Shown here: piece by piece, positions 11,175 to 23,680 of the stretch
Position numbering within the stretch: position 1 is the first letter of the stretch
Layout of the letters: each line of letters starts with the position of its first letter
Source of the DNA: Anthoceros angustus
Lineage: Eukaryota; Plantae; Anthocerotophyta
Length of the DNA: 64,000 nucleotides
Reading direction: 5' to 3'
NCBI GenBank assembly: GCA_010909165.1
Contig: MU008200.1
Location: 62,001-126,000 of the forward strand
Program-made: the position numbers and the translations under genes
The notes under the pieces: model-generated
Databases searched by the model: none
What the model was told of the DNA's origin: nothing
What the model saw: only the letters and a program-made list of their open reading frames with translations

Positions 11175-14100
11175 TCAACTTAAGATCTTGTAGACAAGAT
11201 GTTCCACCTTTCGATTGTACTTGTTGTGATGATCAACACAGAGCAGCAGATTTTGATCAGTCGTTATTGGGGTGAACTCCGATTTGCTGGTCAAGGCATA
11301 CGCGATAGCCAGCTTCCCGCTATGTCCGCACAAATGTCCCTTTCCATCATCGGATAGGTCTGTCCGCGACTGACTCCAATGTGGGACACATCGTTGTCTC
11401 TCCAGTTTGCAAAGAACTTGCTTAAGCCCTGCCTGACTCTGGGGACGCTTCCATCCCCAACCAGGAAACTATGGACCAGTCCGTCCTCGTCTGTCCACCA
11501 GCTCTGACCTGGCTGCTTCCATGCCCTGGTTGTTTTCCTCCTCACTTGCATCTTCTGTGCCTGCTCCCACATTTGGGCACCGGTGTATATGCTTGACATT
11601 AACACATATGCTGCAGCATCTTTCTCGTCTAGCTTCACTGCTTCGTTGAAAGCATGGCATCCCACCTCCACGTTACTCCACTTTCCGCAAGCACCCAACA
11701 GAGTGTGCCAAACTGCAGCATTAGGCAGTGTGGGCATCATCCTAACTAACCCTAGTGCCTCATCCAGCTGTCCTGAACGACCCAGAAGATCCACCATGCA
11801 TGTGCAGTGCTCCACTGTGGGAGTGATGCCGTAGTATCGGCTCATAAGCTCAAAGTACTCCCGCCCCTTGTTCAATAAACCCGCATGACTGCACACTGTT
11901 AGTACACTGACGAATGTGATGCGGTCTGGCCATATGCCGTGCTCTTTCATTCTCTGCACCAAGGCAAAAACCACTTCACTGTCTCCTTGCGAGGTGTAGC
12001 CTGCAATCAGTGCATTCCAGGTGGGCACCTCTCTTTCAGGCAACGCATCAAACACCTGCTGTGCATCACCCATGCTTCCAGACTTTCCGTACATGTTAAT
12101 TAAACTGACGACTACTAGGAGATCAGCTTCAAGCCCTTGTTCTAGAATCTGTGCATGTAGCTGCTTTCCCAGATTCAAAGCTGCCACATTTGCACATGCC
12201 TGTAGGAGGCACACAAATGTCAGGACATCGGGTTCAACAATGCCTTCTCCTTGCATAGCACTGTATAGACGAAGGGCTTCCTGCCCCATACCCTGATGGG
12301 AGTACCCTGCTATCATGGCATTCCACATCACCACGTTTGCTTCACCATGTCTCTCAAACACTCTCACAGCGTCCTTCAAGCTGCCGCACTTTGCATACAT
12401 GTTTACCAAACTGCTGGCTACAAACACATCAGCGTCATGTCCTTGTTCTCTGATCTGCGTATGAAGCTGCTTCCCTTTCTCCAAAGCAGGGGTGCCCACA
12501 CTAGCACATGCCTGGAGGAGGCACACATATGTCACAGAGTCGGGTCCTACCATGCCTTCTTCTTGCATAGCCCTGTACAGAAGAAGAGCTTCCTGTCCCA
12601 TGCCTTGCTGGGAATATCCTGCTAGCAGTGCAGTCCAAGTCACCAAATTCTTCTCACCAAGTCCGTCAAACACTCTCTGAGCGTCTTCTAAGCTGCCACA
12701 CTTTGCATACATGTTCACCAAGCTGCTGGCTACAAACACATCAGCTGCATCTCCTCGTTCTGTGATCTGCTTGTGAATCTGCTTGCCCATTTCCAATGCC
12801 AGGGTGCCCGCACTTGCACACGCCTGCAGTAGATACACAAATGTAATGGAATCTGGTACAGAGATGCCTTCATCTTGCATAGCACTGTAGAGACGAAGGG
12901 CTTCCTGCCCCATACCCCGCTGGGAATACCCTGCTATCATGGCAGTCCATGTCACCACATTCCTTTTACCAAGTCCATCAAAAACTCTCTGAGCATGTTC
13001 CAAGCTGCCACACTTTACATACATGTGCACCAAGCTGTTGGCTACAACCACATCTGTCTGATGCCCTCCTTCTTTAATTTCCGCATGCAACTGCTTACCC
13101 TTCTCAAATGCTGGGGTGCCAACACTTGCACATGCCTGCAGGAGGGACACGAATGTCACTGAATTGGGTACAACTATGCCTTCATCATGCATTGCGTTGT
13201 AGAGACGAAGGGCTTCCCACCCCATATCTTGATGGGAATACCCTGCTATCATGGCATTCCATGTCACTACATCTTTTTGACCGAGTCCGTCAAACACGCC
13301 TTGTGCATCCTCCAAGCTGCCACACTTCACATACATGTTCACCAAACTGCTGGCTACAAACACGTCAGCTTCTAGCCCTCGTTCTCTAATCTGCGAGTGG
13401 AGCTGCTTCCCTGTCTCCAAAGCCAGGGGGCCCAAGCTTATACATGCCTGCAGAAGAAACACAACAGTCAAGGAATTAGGCACAGCAATGCCTTCTTCTT
13501 GCATAGCACTGTAAAGACAAAGGGCTTTCTGCCCCATACCCTGCTGGGAATATCCTCCTATCAGAGCAGTCCACGTCACCACATCCTTGTAACCAAGTCC
13601 GTCAAAGACTCTCTGAGCATCTTCCAAGCTGCCACACTTGGCATACATATTTACCAAACTGTTGGCCACAAACAAATCAGCTTGATGTCCTCCTTCCTTT
13701 ATTTGTGCATGAAGCTGCCGCCCACTTTCCAAAGCCGGGGTGCCCATACTTGCAAAAGCCTGCAAGAGGCACACAAATGTCACAGAATTGGGTCCAGAAA
13801 TGCCTTCTTTTGCCATAGCAGTGTAGAGACGGAGGGCTTCCTGCCCCATACCCCGCTTGGAATACCCTGCTATCATGGCATTCCATGTTAATACATCTTT
13901 CTGACCAAGTGTGGCAAAAACTTCTTCAGCCTCCTCCAAGCTGCCACACTTTGTATACATGTTCAGCAAACAGTTACAGACAAACAAATCGGGCTCAACT
14001 CCGGTGGCCAACACATCAGCATGCACCTGCTGCCCGGCTTTCAAGTCTAACCCCCTTGCACAAGCCTGAAGAGCTGCCACAAATACATGCCCATCTGGCT

Positions 14101-14674
14101 TCACATTGGACTTACGCATTCGATAATACAGTTGTATTGCCTGCTTGTCCTCTCCCCGTTTGACATGCGCAGAAATTACAGAAGACCACATGAAGGCATC
14201 TGGTTGGGCCACGCCTTCAAACACATCCATCGCGTCTTGCAACCTGCCATGAGAAGCATACATACGCAGGATGTGGTTGCACAGGAACGTGTCCGACTCA
14301 TACCCCTTTTTCACCGTGAAAGCATGGACGCGGCTACCCAGCACAAGATCCTTCTTCACCACACATTGCTTCAGTACAGTATAAAAGAGAGATCTGGAAA
14401 TAAAACGCTCGGTGTGCACCAGAAGATCCAGAGCCTTAACAGCCTCAGTGAGATGGCCCTCATGACAAAGCTTGCGCACGGTTTCAGACGTCACGCCCCT
14501 GTCGTTCTTAGCAGCAAGCTGCGCATGCATCCGAGCTGCCTTGTAGAACTCGTTAAACCAGAGGAACTCGTGGGCCTCCCTTTGCCCGAAGCTATTCTGT
14601 CTCCTATCCCCAGCCAGGCATCCTCTTGAATTCAAGACAGCCTCAATTGCGAGGCTCCCCACGGCCATGGCCAT
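11175..14674 (-). CDS. PLS-class PPR RNA-editing factor B with E1/E2 and a degenerate DYW:WW domain (frameshift at ~11452)
   Basis: 1127-aa ORF of PLS triplets ending KQPGQSWWTDEDGLVHSFLVGD. An alternative frame continues KRPQSQAGLKQVLCKLERQRCVPHWSQSRTDLSDDGKGHLCGHSGKLAIAYALTSKSEFTPITTDQNLLLCVDHHNK...ILS* to TGA at 11175-11177. Confidence 0.9.
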
Positions 14675-14989
14675 CCTCAGGCATGTGCATTGTGCAATCC
14701 TTCCATCAAAATCTGGTTGTTAGATTATTTATCAGTAAAAGTGTACCACATGTACATACATTCTCTTTCACAAAGAGACTCCCTTGGTTGGACTCGACGG
14801 CTAAACCCTTGTTTCCGAGAGGACTCCTCGGTTGCTGAAGGCCGACTCGGCATCTCTCTCTCTAGCCCCCCTCTCTCTGTCGTCCTCTAATCTCCCTCTC
14901 TCCTCGGCTTCCTGATGCATGCTTCTGTCCGGACTCATTAGACATTAGACTACATATGTACGTAGCTCGGATTGGCAGACGTTTACAAA

Positions 14990-16959
14990 CTACCGATACT
15001 GGGGTGCGACCTCCCCATCCGGCTTGACAATGTAATCCTTTGCAAGAAATTCCTGGCCAGTAAACCAGCGGTGCAAAATGTCCTTGGCGCCGGCAGCGAA
15101 GCGAGCCTGCATCACACAACCAAACCGATTGAATTGAGCACATTCTTGCAGCGGGAAGGAAAATTGGCCAAGTACAGAGGGGAAAGGATGCATGCCTGCC
15201 CGTCCAGCGAGGAGCCGGAGATGTGGGGCGTGAGCGCCAGACGATCGTATCCCTTGAAGAGACGCCACGGGTGGTCGCTCGGAGGAGGCTGCTGCGACCA
15301 CACGTCCCCGCTGTAGCCTGCCAGATGCCCTGACTTGATCAATTCCACCACGGCGTCGGCGTCCACCAGCGCTCCTCGCGCGTTGTTCACGACCACGGCT
15401 CCTTTCTTCAGCTTGCTTAGCTTCTCCTTGTTGAACAGTCCTCTACAACAGCGTGGATCCGTGAGCATCCAGAACCTTCTCTGCCCTAGGACTAAGCCAA
15501 GTGCCGGGGTTACTGATCGGAGGCAGCAGAGGCAGAGGCTGTGCTTACTTGGTCAGCGCTGTGAGAGGAACATTGAGCACAAGCACGTCCGACTTTGCAA
15601 GCAGGGCGTCGAGATCGGTCTCACGAACTGCTCCCGTGAGCTCCTCCTTCTCCTTGTCCCACGCGTTGCGGTCGTAGTAGATGAGGTTGGCGTTGAAAGG
15701 CTGGAATATGAATCAATCGACACTACCCGTTAGGCAATCCACATGCTTGGCAGCCGCAGATTTGCAAGCGTTGCGATATCGACGGAATACCCTTACCTTG
15801 AGACGCTTCAGCAGCTCAAAGCCTATTCTTCCAGCCCCGACCGTGCTTATGGTCTTCCCTTCCACGTCGTGGGCACGGTGCACAGCAGCCGCGACATTCC
15901 ACTCCCCGCGCGTGATTTGCTGCCAAGCCGGCAGGAAATTGCGGACCAAGAGCAGGATGCGCAGCAGCTCGTCCTCCGCCACCGACACCACATTGCTTCC
16001 TGCCCGATCCAGGTGCCAGCACAGTCGGATGAGCTGAAATTCGGAATGCAATGGCTGGAACTGACAGTCCACAAATTCACACCGTTCCAAGTTCGAACCT
16101 GTGACTTCCGCTACAACGATTCCCGCGTCGGTAGCAGCTTTGATGTCCACATGATCGGATCCCACTCCAGCCGTGAGCAGTAGCTTGAGCTTCTTCGCCT
16201 TCTTGATGCGCTCTGCCGTGATGTAGGCCGGGTGGAAGGGAGTGGTGATGATGACGTCTGCATCCTCCAAATGCTTCTCCAGTTCTGTGATTCAGGCGGG
16301 ATGGGATCAAGCATGTGTCAGACGAAACATACTATCAATCAGGTCGCCTTGCCAATTCTATCTGAATCTGCGAAGAAGAAGAAGATATCGCTAAGTTCTT
16401 TGACAAAGAATGTCCATGACCGGAATTCTCGCCGTCCTTGTCGTGAGTGAGAATGTACTGGTGCCCCAGCCCTTGAAGCCACTCCTTCAAGTCAAGCCCG
16501 CGCTCAACGTTGCCAACAAATTTAGGATCGGCGTGCGCCAGGTCGTGAGCCTGGTAGAAGACTCCCACGATCTTCAGGCCCTGTCACAATTTCACAATCA
16601 CAATCAATGGCCCCTGTGTTTCACATCCCGAAAATCCTCCCATCCTCTGCCAAATCCAGAGACTCCAACCCCGGGCCACATGCATGCAGAGGAGCCGGAC
16701 GCACATGCTTAGGCTGGGACGCATACGAGCTCTGCCCCCGGCAAAGCAATTTGCTGAACGCCGTCTCCTGTATGGCCTGCGACCCGACGGTGGGAGCAAG
16801 ATCGGGAGCAAGACGGGGCCCGTTCAGTAGGTGCGGCACCCGCGGAGCAACGGCAGTCGCACGTGAGGAGAAGCTCTGCACATGGCCAGAGCCTCGGCAC
16901 CGGTGTCCCAGGAGCGCCCGAACTGCCTGCCTCGCCGCAGTAGTACTCCCACTTGCCAT
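14990..16959 (-). CDS. FDH: NAD-dependent formate dehydrogenase, mitochondrial, multi-exon
   Basis: Motifs [61 protein letters not shown] and [18 protein letters not shown], with an R/A/S-rich presequence. Confidence 0.96.
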
Positions 16960-17031
16960 GCTTGCTTGCTTCCTTGCTTGCTTGCCTCCTTGCTTGCTTG
17001 CTTGCTTGCTTGCTTCCTTCCTTGCTTGCTT
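16960..17031. repeat. Imperfect (GCTT)n microsatellite abutting the FDH start codon
   Basis: gcttgcttgcttccttgcttgcttgcctccttgcttgcttgcttgcttgcttgcttccttccttgcttgctt. Confidence 0.9.
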
Positions 17032-17590
17032 CAGACTTCAGTGCAGGGCCTCAAAGCAGGCCTTTCGGAGTCCAACTTATGGAAGGAAATTGGGACACCT
17101 GGCAACCTGGTTCAGGAGAGCACAGCCGAGGAGAAGCTACATAAATAATTCATGTCAGGGGATTGGTACAGCAGTCGCAGAGGCAGCTTCTGCAAGCATC
17201 TCGTGGCCGTCTCGTGATGTACAAACGGAAACGGATGGATTAGAAACAAACTTGCTGGCAGGCTTGCAGAATGAAATGTACAACATGATAAGTGAAAGCA
17301 CCGATGAAGTTGCAAACGTCCGGATTTCCAGTTCGGACATTGCAGAAGGGGAGGCAGGTTTCGAGGACGGGCTGGCTGGCCGAATGTTTGTGCCGCTCCT
17401 GTCTGGTGACTGCCAGGTGCATCCCCCCTGTCACATTGCTAAGATAGATGCAGCGAAAAAACTATCCTTAGTTGAACTCAATGAAATCTTTCAACTAAGT
17501 ATGTGCGTACTACATGCTTATTCAACACATTTAGCTCACTGTTTCAGTTATGAATTATGAAATCGGAACGATTCAGAGCCATCGCACATT

Positions 17591-20499
17591 TCATGTCCTC
17601 TTAGCTTGCTTTCTCTTCTTTCTGTCGTCCTCGCTACTATCACTACTGGTGTCACCAGAGCTACTGGAGGCAGTATCGTCCTCACTGGGTCCTCCACTGG
17701 AACTGCTGCCGTCGGTGCTGCTTGATGATTGACTTCCACTGTCCTCGGATTCACTGTCTAGCGGTTTCTGCTGCTGCATTATCAATCTTGGCATGTTCTT
17801 CAGATGCTCTCTGAGGGCATCGGTCAGCCCTCCCAGACCAATGGAAGTGAAGAAGTTGATAGCAAACCGGGTGTTCTTGGGATTGTCCTTGGGGAAGATG
17901 CCGTCAAATGAGTCTTGCATGAGAGGATCTGTGAGTCTTTCGTTTAGTTTCCGCAGTCCCAAGTGCTCTGACAGCTCCTGCACAGCGAAACACGAGGTGA
18001 GTCAAAGAACGTGGGGGTGAAGGTGCTTACACCAAAGTCACCATAGACAGACAAGAGACTCCATCTCACCTGGAAAAGGATTTTGATGAAAATTCGTGAA
18101 GAAGACGTCGTGTCCTCCTCTGTGAGGCGGATATAGGCCAGGGCTTGCCAAGGGAGAGCATCTGTTCCTAGAAGATGGGCAAAAAACTTTGCCACATTCC
18201 TAAGCTTGTTGGTCTCAAGTCTGTGGATCATGGAATACTGCTTCACAAAGCACTGATCAAAATTCTCCTGGTAAACCCTGTTAATCATGCAGAATCTCTG
18301 CCCTAGCAGTCCATAGTAGCGCAAATAGGTCCTCTCCTGACTGCAACACTCCAGGAGCATTACACAAAGCTCCATCTGCAGCAGGCACAAAATCAATATC
18401 AAATCTGCAAAAGTTCAAGCAGAAACCGAGAAGTAATAAGGCAGAGAGAAGAGCTTCAACAGAGCCCTGTCGAACCACAGACATCAGACAGTGTAGTGTA
18501 CCTCTTGTCCTTGTTCAAGTTTGATTTTCAGCAATTTGTGTCCAGCTTCCTCAAAATCAACACTCGACATGATCGTCAAGTAGATTGTACGTCTCAAGTT
18601 CACCAGATTTGTTTCTGTCTCATCTTGGATTTCCATACGTTCTTGTTCGTCTTCTTCATCTTCAGAGTCTTCTTCAGACTCTTCATCAGAACCTTTCTCC
18701 CCATCACCATCATCTTCCTCTGCCTCATCTCCAAGAATTTCCTTCTTTATAGCCTCGTACTTTTGCTCGCTTTCAAGAAACTTGGGGTCGAGCTTAAAAA
18801 CATCTACATGCACAGAGGGAGGCAAACTAGCCCAATAAAATCATAACGCTGCTATACCACCAATCCTGGCATGTAACTGGTAGCATTATGTTATCGACAT
18901 CACAATTCACAGCAGGTGGTCTTGTGAGCTTACCGAGGCCTGTCTCAGGATCAAGATCATCTTCCAAAGACAGCTCATGTGTGATCTGATCCTCTTGTTC
19001 CACAAGGTCCAGCTCCTTGACAACCGCTTCAAACCCCTGCCAGTGAAGAACACATGGAATGTTCTTACAACGCTCATGCAGGAACCTACCACACACCTGG
19101 AAAGTAATGAGAAGAAAACATAATAAATGTTGAAATACCTGAAACTTTGCTTTCCTAATGGCAAAGAGTCCCTCGATCATGAATTGCACACGCTTGTCAA
19201 TCTCTCCCTCATGTAGAATTCCACGGAAACGCTCAAATATACCTTTAGCAATACATACACAGAATCAGGCCCTCCGAGCTGAAATAACTCTAGACAAGAC
19301 AATGAGGAAATTGCAGGGCTCCAGCATTGGAGGCCTGACAGGGAAATCAAACACGTACCATGTAGTCCCTGAGGCGATATATCCTGAAGGATAGCACCAC
19401 ACTCCTTGACAAAGCCAACAGCAACCTGGCGAGACAAGCAGGTGCGAAAGAAATCATTCAACCAAGGCATTCCAACGTCAGCTACAAACCCTAAACCCTA
19501 AAGAGCAAGTGAGACTCACCTCCACGCTGTCATCCGTGGGATGCTCCAGCAGTAGTGTGAGCAGCTCCAGCGCTATGATTTCGTGTGCTACTTGCTGGTT
19601 GACAAGGTGAGCAATAAACTTGGCAGCTGCGAGCAGGACCGGCTGATAAGATCACAGGAGAAAAAGTATAAGAAATGCTCCAATCTCACAACAAAGAATG
19701 TGCAAAGAGAAAGCAGGTAGCTAGGTCTAGGCTACCACACCTTATCATTCCGGCGAAAGGACCTCTTCAGCTGAAGAACAATCCTCTTCAAAACAAGCTC
19801 ACCGAGCTCTGGAAACTTGGTGTTCACGACAGCGATCACTGCCGCAAAAACATGAGTGAACGCCGGAGACGCCATCTGAGATTTCATGCACGACCGGGCA
19901 AATAATCCACGGCCTCGTACCAGATTCTCAGCGAAGAGTTCTGGAATAATGTTTTTGATGTTGGAAGCATTCACTTTGTTCACCAACCCGTTGATACTCT
20001 TCCGCAATGCATCCCAGGTCATCCTCTGGTACTGAGGACTGCTCTTGTCCTCCACATCCTTCATCATCTGCGCCAGCTTGAACGGCGGGATATACACTCC
20101 CCCGCTCTTCCCCAGCGCTTTCTCGTCATCCTCGCCCCGCTCCCGCTTCTTACCCCGATCCCTTTCCTTCTCCCCTGCCCCGTTCTCCTTCCTGCCATCC
20201 CTCTCCCTGCCTGGCTCGTCCCCGTTGCTCCTTAGCTCGCCATTCCATCTGTCATCCGGGTCAATCCTCTCATCCTCCCTGTGCCCCGCCCTGTCGCTCT
20301 TCCAGTCCCTCTCCCTGTCCCGGTCTCTCTCCCTGTCCCGGTCCCTCTCCCTGTCCCGGTCCCTCTCCTTATCCCTGTATCTGCCCCTCTCCCCCTCCCT
20401 ATCACTGCCGTTCTTGCTCCTGCCTTTGTCTCGGCCTCCGTCCCTGCCCCTGGCCTTCTCCCCGCCTGTTTCACGTACCCGGACGGCTTCCACCTCCAT
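17591..20499 (-). CDS. CWC22: Pre-mRNA splicing factor CWC22 (MIF4G + MA3), multi-exon
   Basis: RD/RE-rich N-terminus, then [68 protein letters not shown] and [20 protein letters not shown]. Confidence 0.97.
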
Positions 20500-21236
20500 C
20501 GCCACCCCAGCTTGGGGACAGTCTTGCGACTCCCGCGTAGAAACAGGCCCGTTTCGTGTAAGCGGCCTCCTAGAATATATAACCTACGGTGCGATGACGC
20601 ACTTTACCATATGCAAGTTTTCCGCACAGACGAGCCTGCCCTGCCAGCACTTTGACGGCTAAAATCCCTTTCCGCTCTGCTGTTGCTAACTTACCAGTGC
20701 TGCTATATGTCATGACCTTCCTTGAGGGCATCTGCCAAACTGGACACCAAGGATGTTGGAAATGCAGCAATCCCAGCCTTGGGAACTGCAATTCGCAACC
20801 CTGTTAATTATACTGTGCCTTGATGTCAGCCATGGAGCAACTGCGTGGTTCCACAGAGATCTGCCGGTGATAGACCGTAACTGTGTCTGTACAAGACATG
20901 GATGTGTAACTGCCCCATGAGTTTCGAGATGAGGCGGCGTTGGATTGGTACTCCCAGAGTGTCTGATACATTTGTGAGGTCCGGTAGGCAGCGGTGGAGC
21001 CTGTCTAGGCTGAGTAACTCACGGAGGTAGGCGGATTGCCCATATTGACACAATGGAGCTTGCTGGAGTGAGGAAAGTCCTGCGACCATTCTCTGTGTCC
21101 ACCAGGCAGTTGGCCATCGCTACACTACGTCAGCCATCAGTCCTCTTTCGACAATCTGCGAGTGCAGCTGCCTGCCCTTCTGTAAGGCACCAAAGTGCTT
21201 GCACAGGCCCGGGTCGGCTTAGAATGTCAGAGTTAG

Positions 21237-22809
21237 CAGTCAAAGTAACCATGGGCACATAGGTGGGAACTAGATCTAGCCAGGGCAAGCCTATTGGCGG
21301 TTCTGTTGCAATGCCTCGTTTCGTCGCACCGCAGCTGTCTTGATACTGTGCTGCGCTTGCTTAGGGGCGGAATGTGGTCATGGAGCAAAGCTTTGGCGCC
21401 CCTCAGATAACGAACGACGGGGTTACTGTCGCAAAGAACATCGAGTTCAAGGATACGATCAAAAATCTCGGGGCCAGTTTGGTGAAGCAGGTCGCCAAAC
21501 TGACGACGTTGCAGGAGATTCTATTCACTCATTGTAACATGTCCATGATTATGCAAGCAATGCTGAGGATGCATAGAGCTCTTTGTGGGGAAAGTTGGAA
21601 AAGATGGAATCATCACTGTAGCAGTAAGTCAACATTCCTAGCAGTATCTGCTTTACGATCCTTTCAGACTGAGGCACACTCACGACATTCCATTTATGGC
21701 CACCCAGGATGGGAAGACTGCACAATGAGATTGAGGTGGTTGAGGGTATGAAGCTGGATAGGGGAACATTTCTCCTTGCCTTGTGACGAATCGAAAGACA
21801 CAAAAAGTTGTAAGTCCAACAGCCTTCACAGAGTTTGAAGTGCACCCTCTTATTTTGATTTTCCAGGAGAAAAATTTCTGGATTGCGGTCCGTAATTCCA
21901 GTGCCGGAGCTTTCACTTAAGGTATTGCTACAGTGAATGGTCTTGTCCAGAAACATTCCTTGATATTAAACTGCTCGACAATCTTCTGATTTTCCCGTTG
22001 TTTTACCTGCACAGGAGTAAAGGCCGCTGTTGATCATTGCTGAAGATGTTGAGGATGAAGCTCTAGCTACTCTGATTGTGAAAAAGATAAGAGCTGGCGT
22101 GAAGGTAATGCAGTTTATGACCTTTATGAGGTTTGTCCTTTGGGTCCCAATATTTTGCGAGCACCAGTCTAACAGATACCTGGTGTGGCAGGTCGGTGCA
22201 GTGAAAACTCCAGGTTTTGGTGAAAACAGGAAATGGAATCTGCAAGATCTTGCTATCCCTGTTGGTGGACAGGTTATTTACGTTCCACAAGGCCCTGTGT
22301 TCCTTTTGTTCAGTTGTTCCTAGATAGCCATTTGCTTGACTCTGAGTTCCACATCCCCTGTATGTTATTGTGCAGCTTTTTTGTGAGGACTTGTGTCTGA
22401 CGCTTGAAAAGGTCACTCGGGAACAGCTTGATACCGCAAATAAGGTCCGGGCTTCGCCCACCTCTCTCTTCTTTCCCGATTCCCTTCATTCCCAAATGTT
22501 GTGCGTCGCCTCGTACTTATCTCATCGTTCTTGATGTGTGGAAAAGCAGGTGCCTATCTCTAAGGATGACACCATTATTCTGCAGTGGTGGTGATAAAAA
22601 GAAAGCAATTGAAGAGCGATATGAGTAGGTTGGTGTTTTATGGGTTTTATCCCTTGATGTGTGGATGAAAGCCACTGTTGCTAACCTCGTACTGTCAATG
22701 TCGTAACAGATTGTGGGGGCAACAAAAGAAGCTACTCCAGACTACGACAAGGAAAAATTGCAAGAGAGACAGATTGGCCAAGCTCCCTGGCGGTGCTGCT
22801 GTGCTTAAG
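21237..22809 (+). pseudogene. Unprocessed, truncated mitochondrial-type chaperonin CPN60/HSP60 pseudogene
   Basis: Intron-separated remnants AVKVTMG(T*), [64 protein letters not shown] and DYDKEKLQER..LAKLPGGAAVLK. In-frame stops and frameshifts; C-terminal third absent. Confidence 0.85.
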
Positions 22810-23149
22810 GTTTGTGCATTTCTTTCACAGATATGAAGGTCGTGAATATTTGTTCGTGGTAGCCCCTTGTAACCACATTCTGCCGTCATTGAGCAGATTC
22901 ATTTGGTTGAGCGAGTGAGGTTTAAGTTGCAGAGAACGCCTTTCGGAGCAGGCTGTAGTTGCCAGGGCGTTTGCAGAAGCCCTAGCTAGTACAGCCGCAA
23001 GAGGTCATATGAGCAAAGGTGAAGGATCAGAGGATTCAAGACCTGGAATTCGAGCTCCTCTGAGTGAAGAGCATGAATATTCTTCGAGGAAGCATGAATA
23101 TTCTCTCGTCTTGGACCACGACATGAACCTTTCATTCTAAGCCGACCCG

Positions 23150-23680
23150 GGCCTGTGCAAGCACTTGGTGCTTTACAGAAGGGCAGGCAGCTGCACTCGC
23201 AGATTGTCGAAAGAGGACTGATGGCTGACGTAGTGTAGCGATGGCCAACTGCCTAGTGGACACAGAGAATGGTCGCAGGAGCTTACAAGAAACCTGCAGT
23301 AGCAATTGCCATTGAGGTGAAGACGCAGGTACATGGATTTCTGGTGGGAGAAAGGAGAGAGGATATTGCTTACCCCGCTTAAGGTACAGAGCGCGGTTTC
23401 ACGTCTGAAGCTGGAAGGAGGCCCCGTACCTCACACAAGGTTGGTGTTGGAGCCAGTGTGTGTGAAGGAAAAAGAAGATGCGCTTTGTGGGCATCCGGAG
23501 AAGCTAGCTCTGGCGTTTGGTCTCTTGAACACTCCGAGTGGGGCACCTCTGGTGGTACGCATTGCAGTGACTGCCACAGTTCCACGGAGATCGTGTGAAG
23601 GCGGAACAGAGAGTTATTGTAAGGGTTGGGTTCCGTGTGTGCACCGATTCGCAGCTGCTTGTTGCAGTTGGGTCGGTTCA
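23150..23680 (+). pseudogene. Relic PPR with DYW:KP (GRP-type) domain, the U-to-C RNA editing factor class
   Basis: L1/S1 remnant (GALQKGRQLHSQIVERGLMAD..MANCLVD) fused to AYKKPAVAIAIEVKTQVHGFLVGERREDIA / KVQSAVSRLKLEGGPVPHTRLVLEPVCVKEKEDALCGHPEKLALAFGLLNTPSGAPLVV / CSDCHSSTEIV / VHRFAAACCS across several frameshifts. Confidence 0.85.

Noticed and set aside
16607-17560. 317-aa plus-strand ORF
   Set aside because: It is antisense to FDH exon 1, runs through a stop-free GCTT microsatellite and the CWC22 3' region, and shows no recognisable motifs.
19486-19502. AAACCCTAAACCCTAAA telomere-like tract
   Set aside because: Only two units in an intron. At most a telo-box, not an interstitial telomere.
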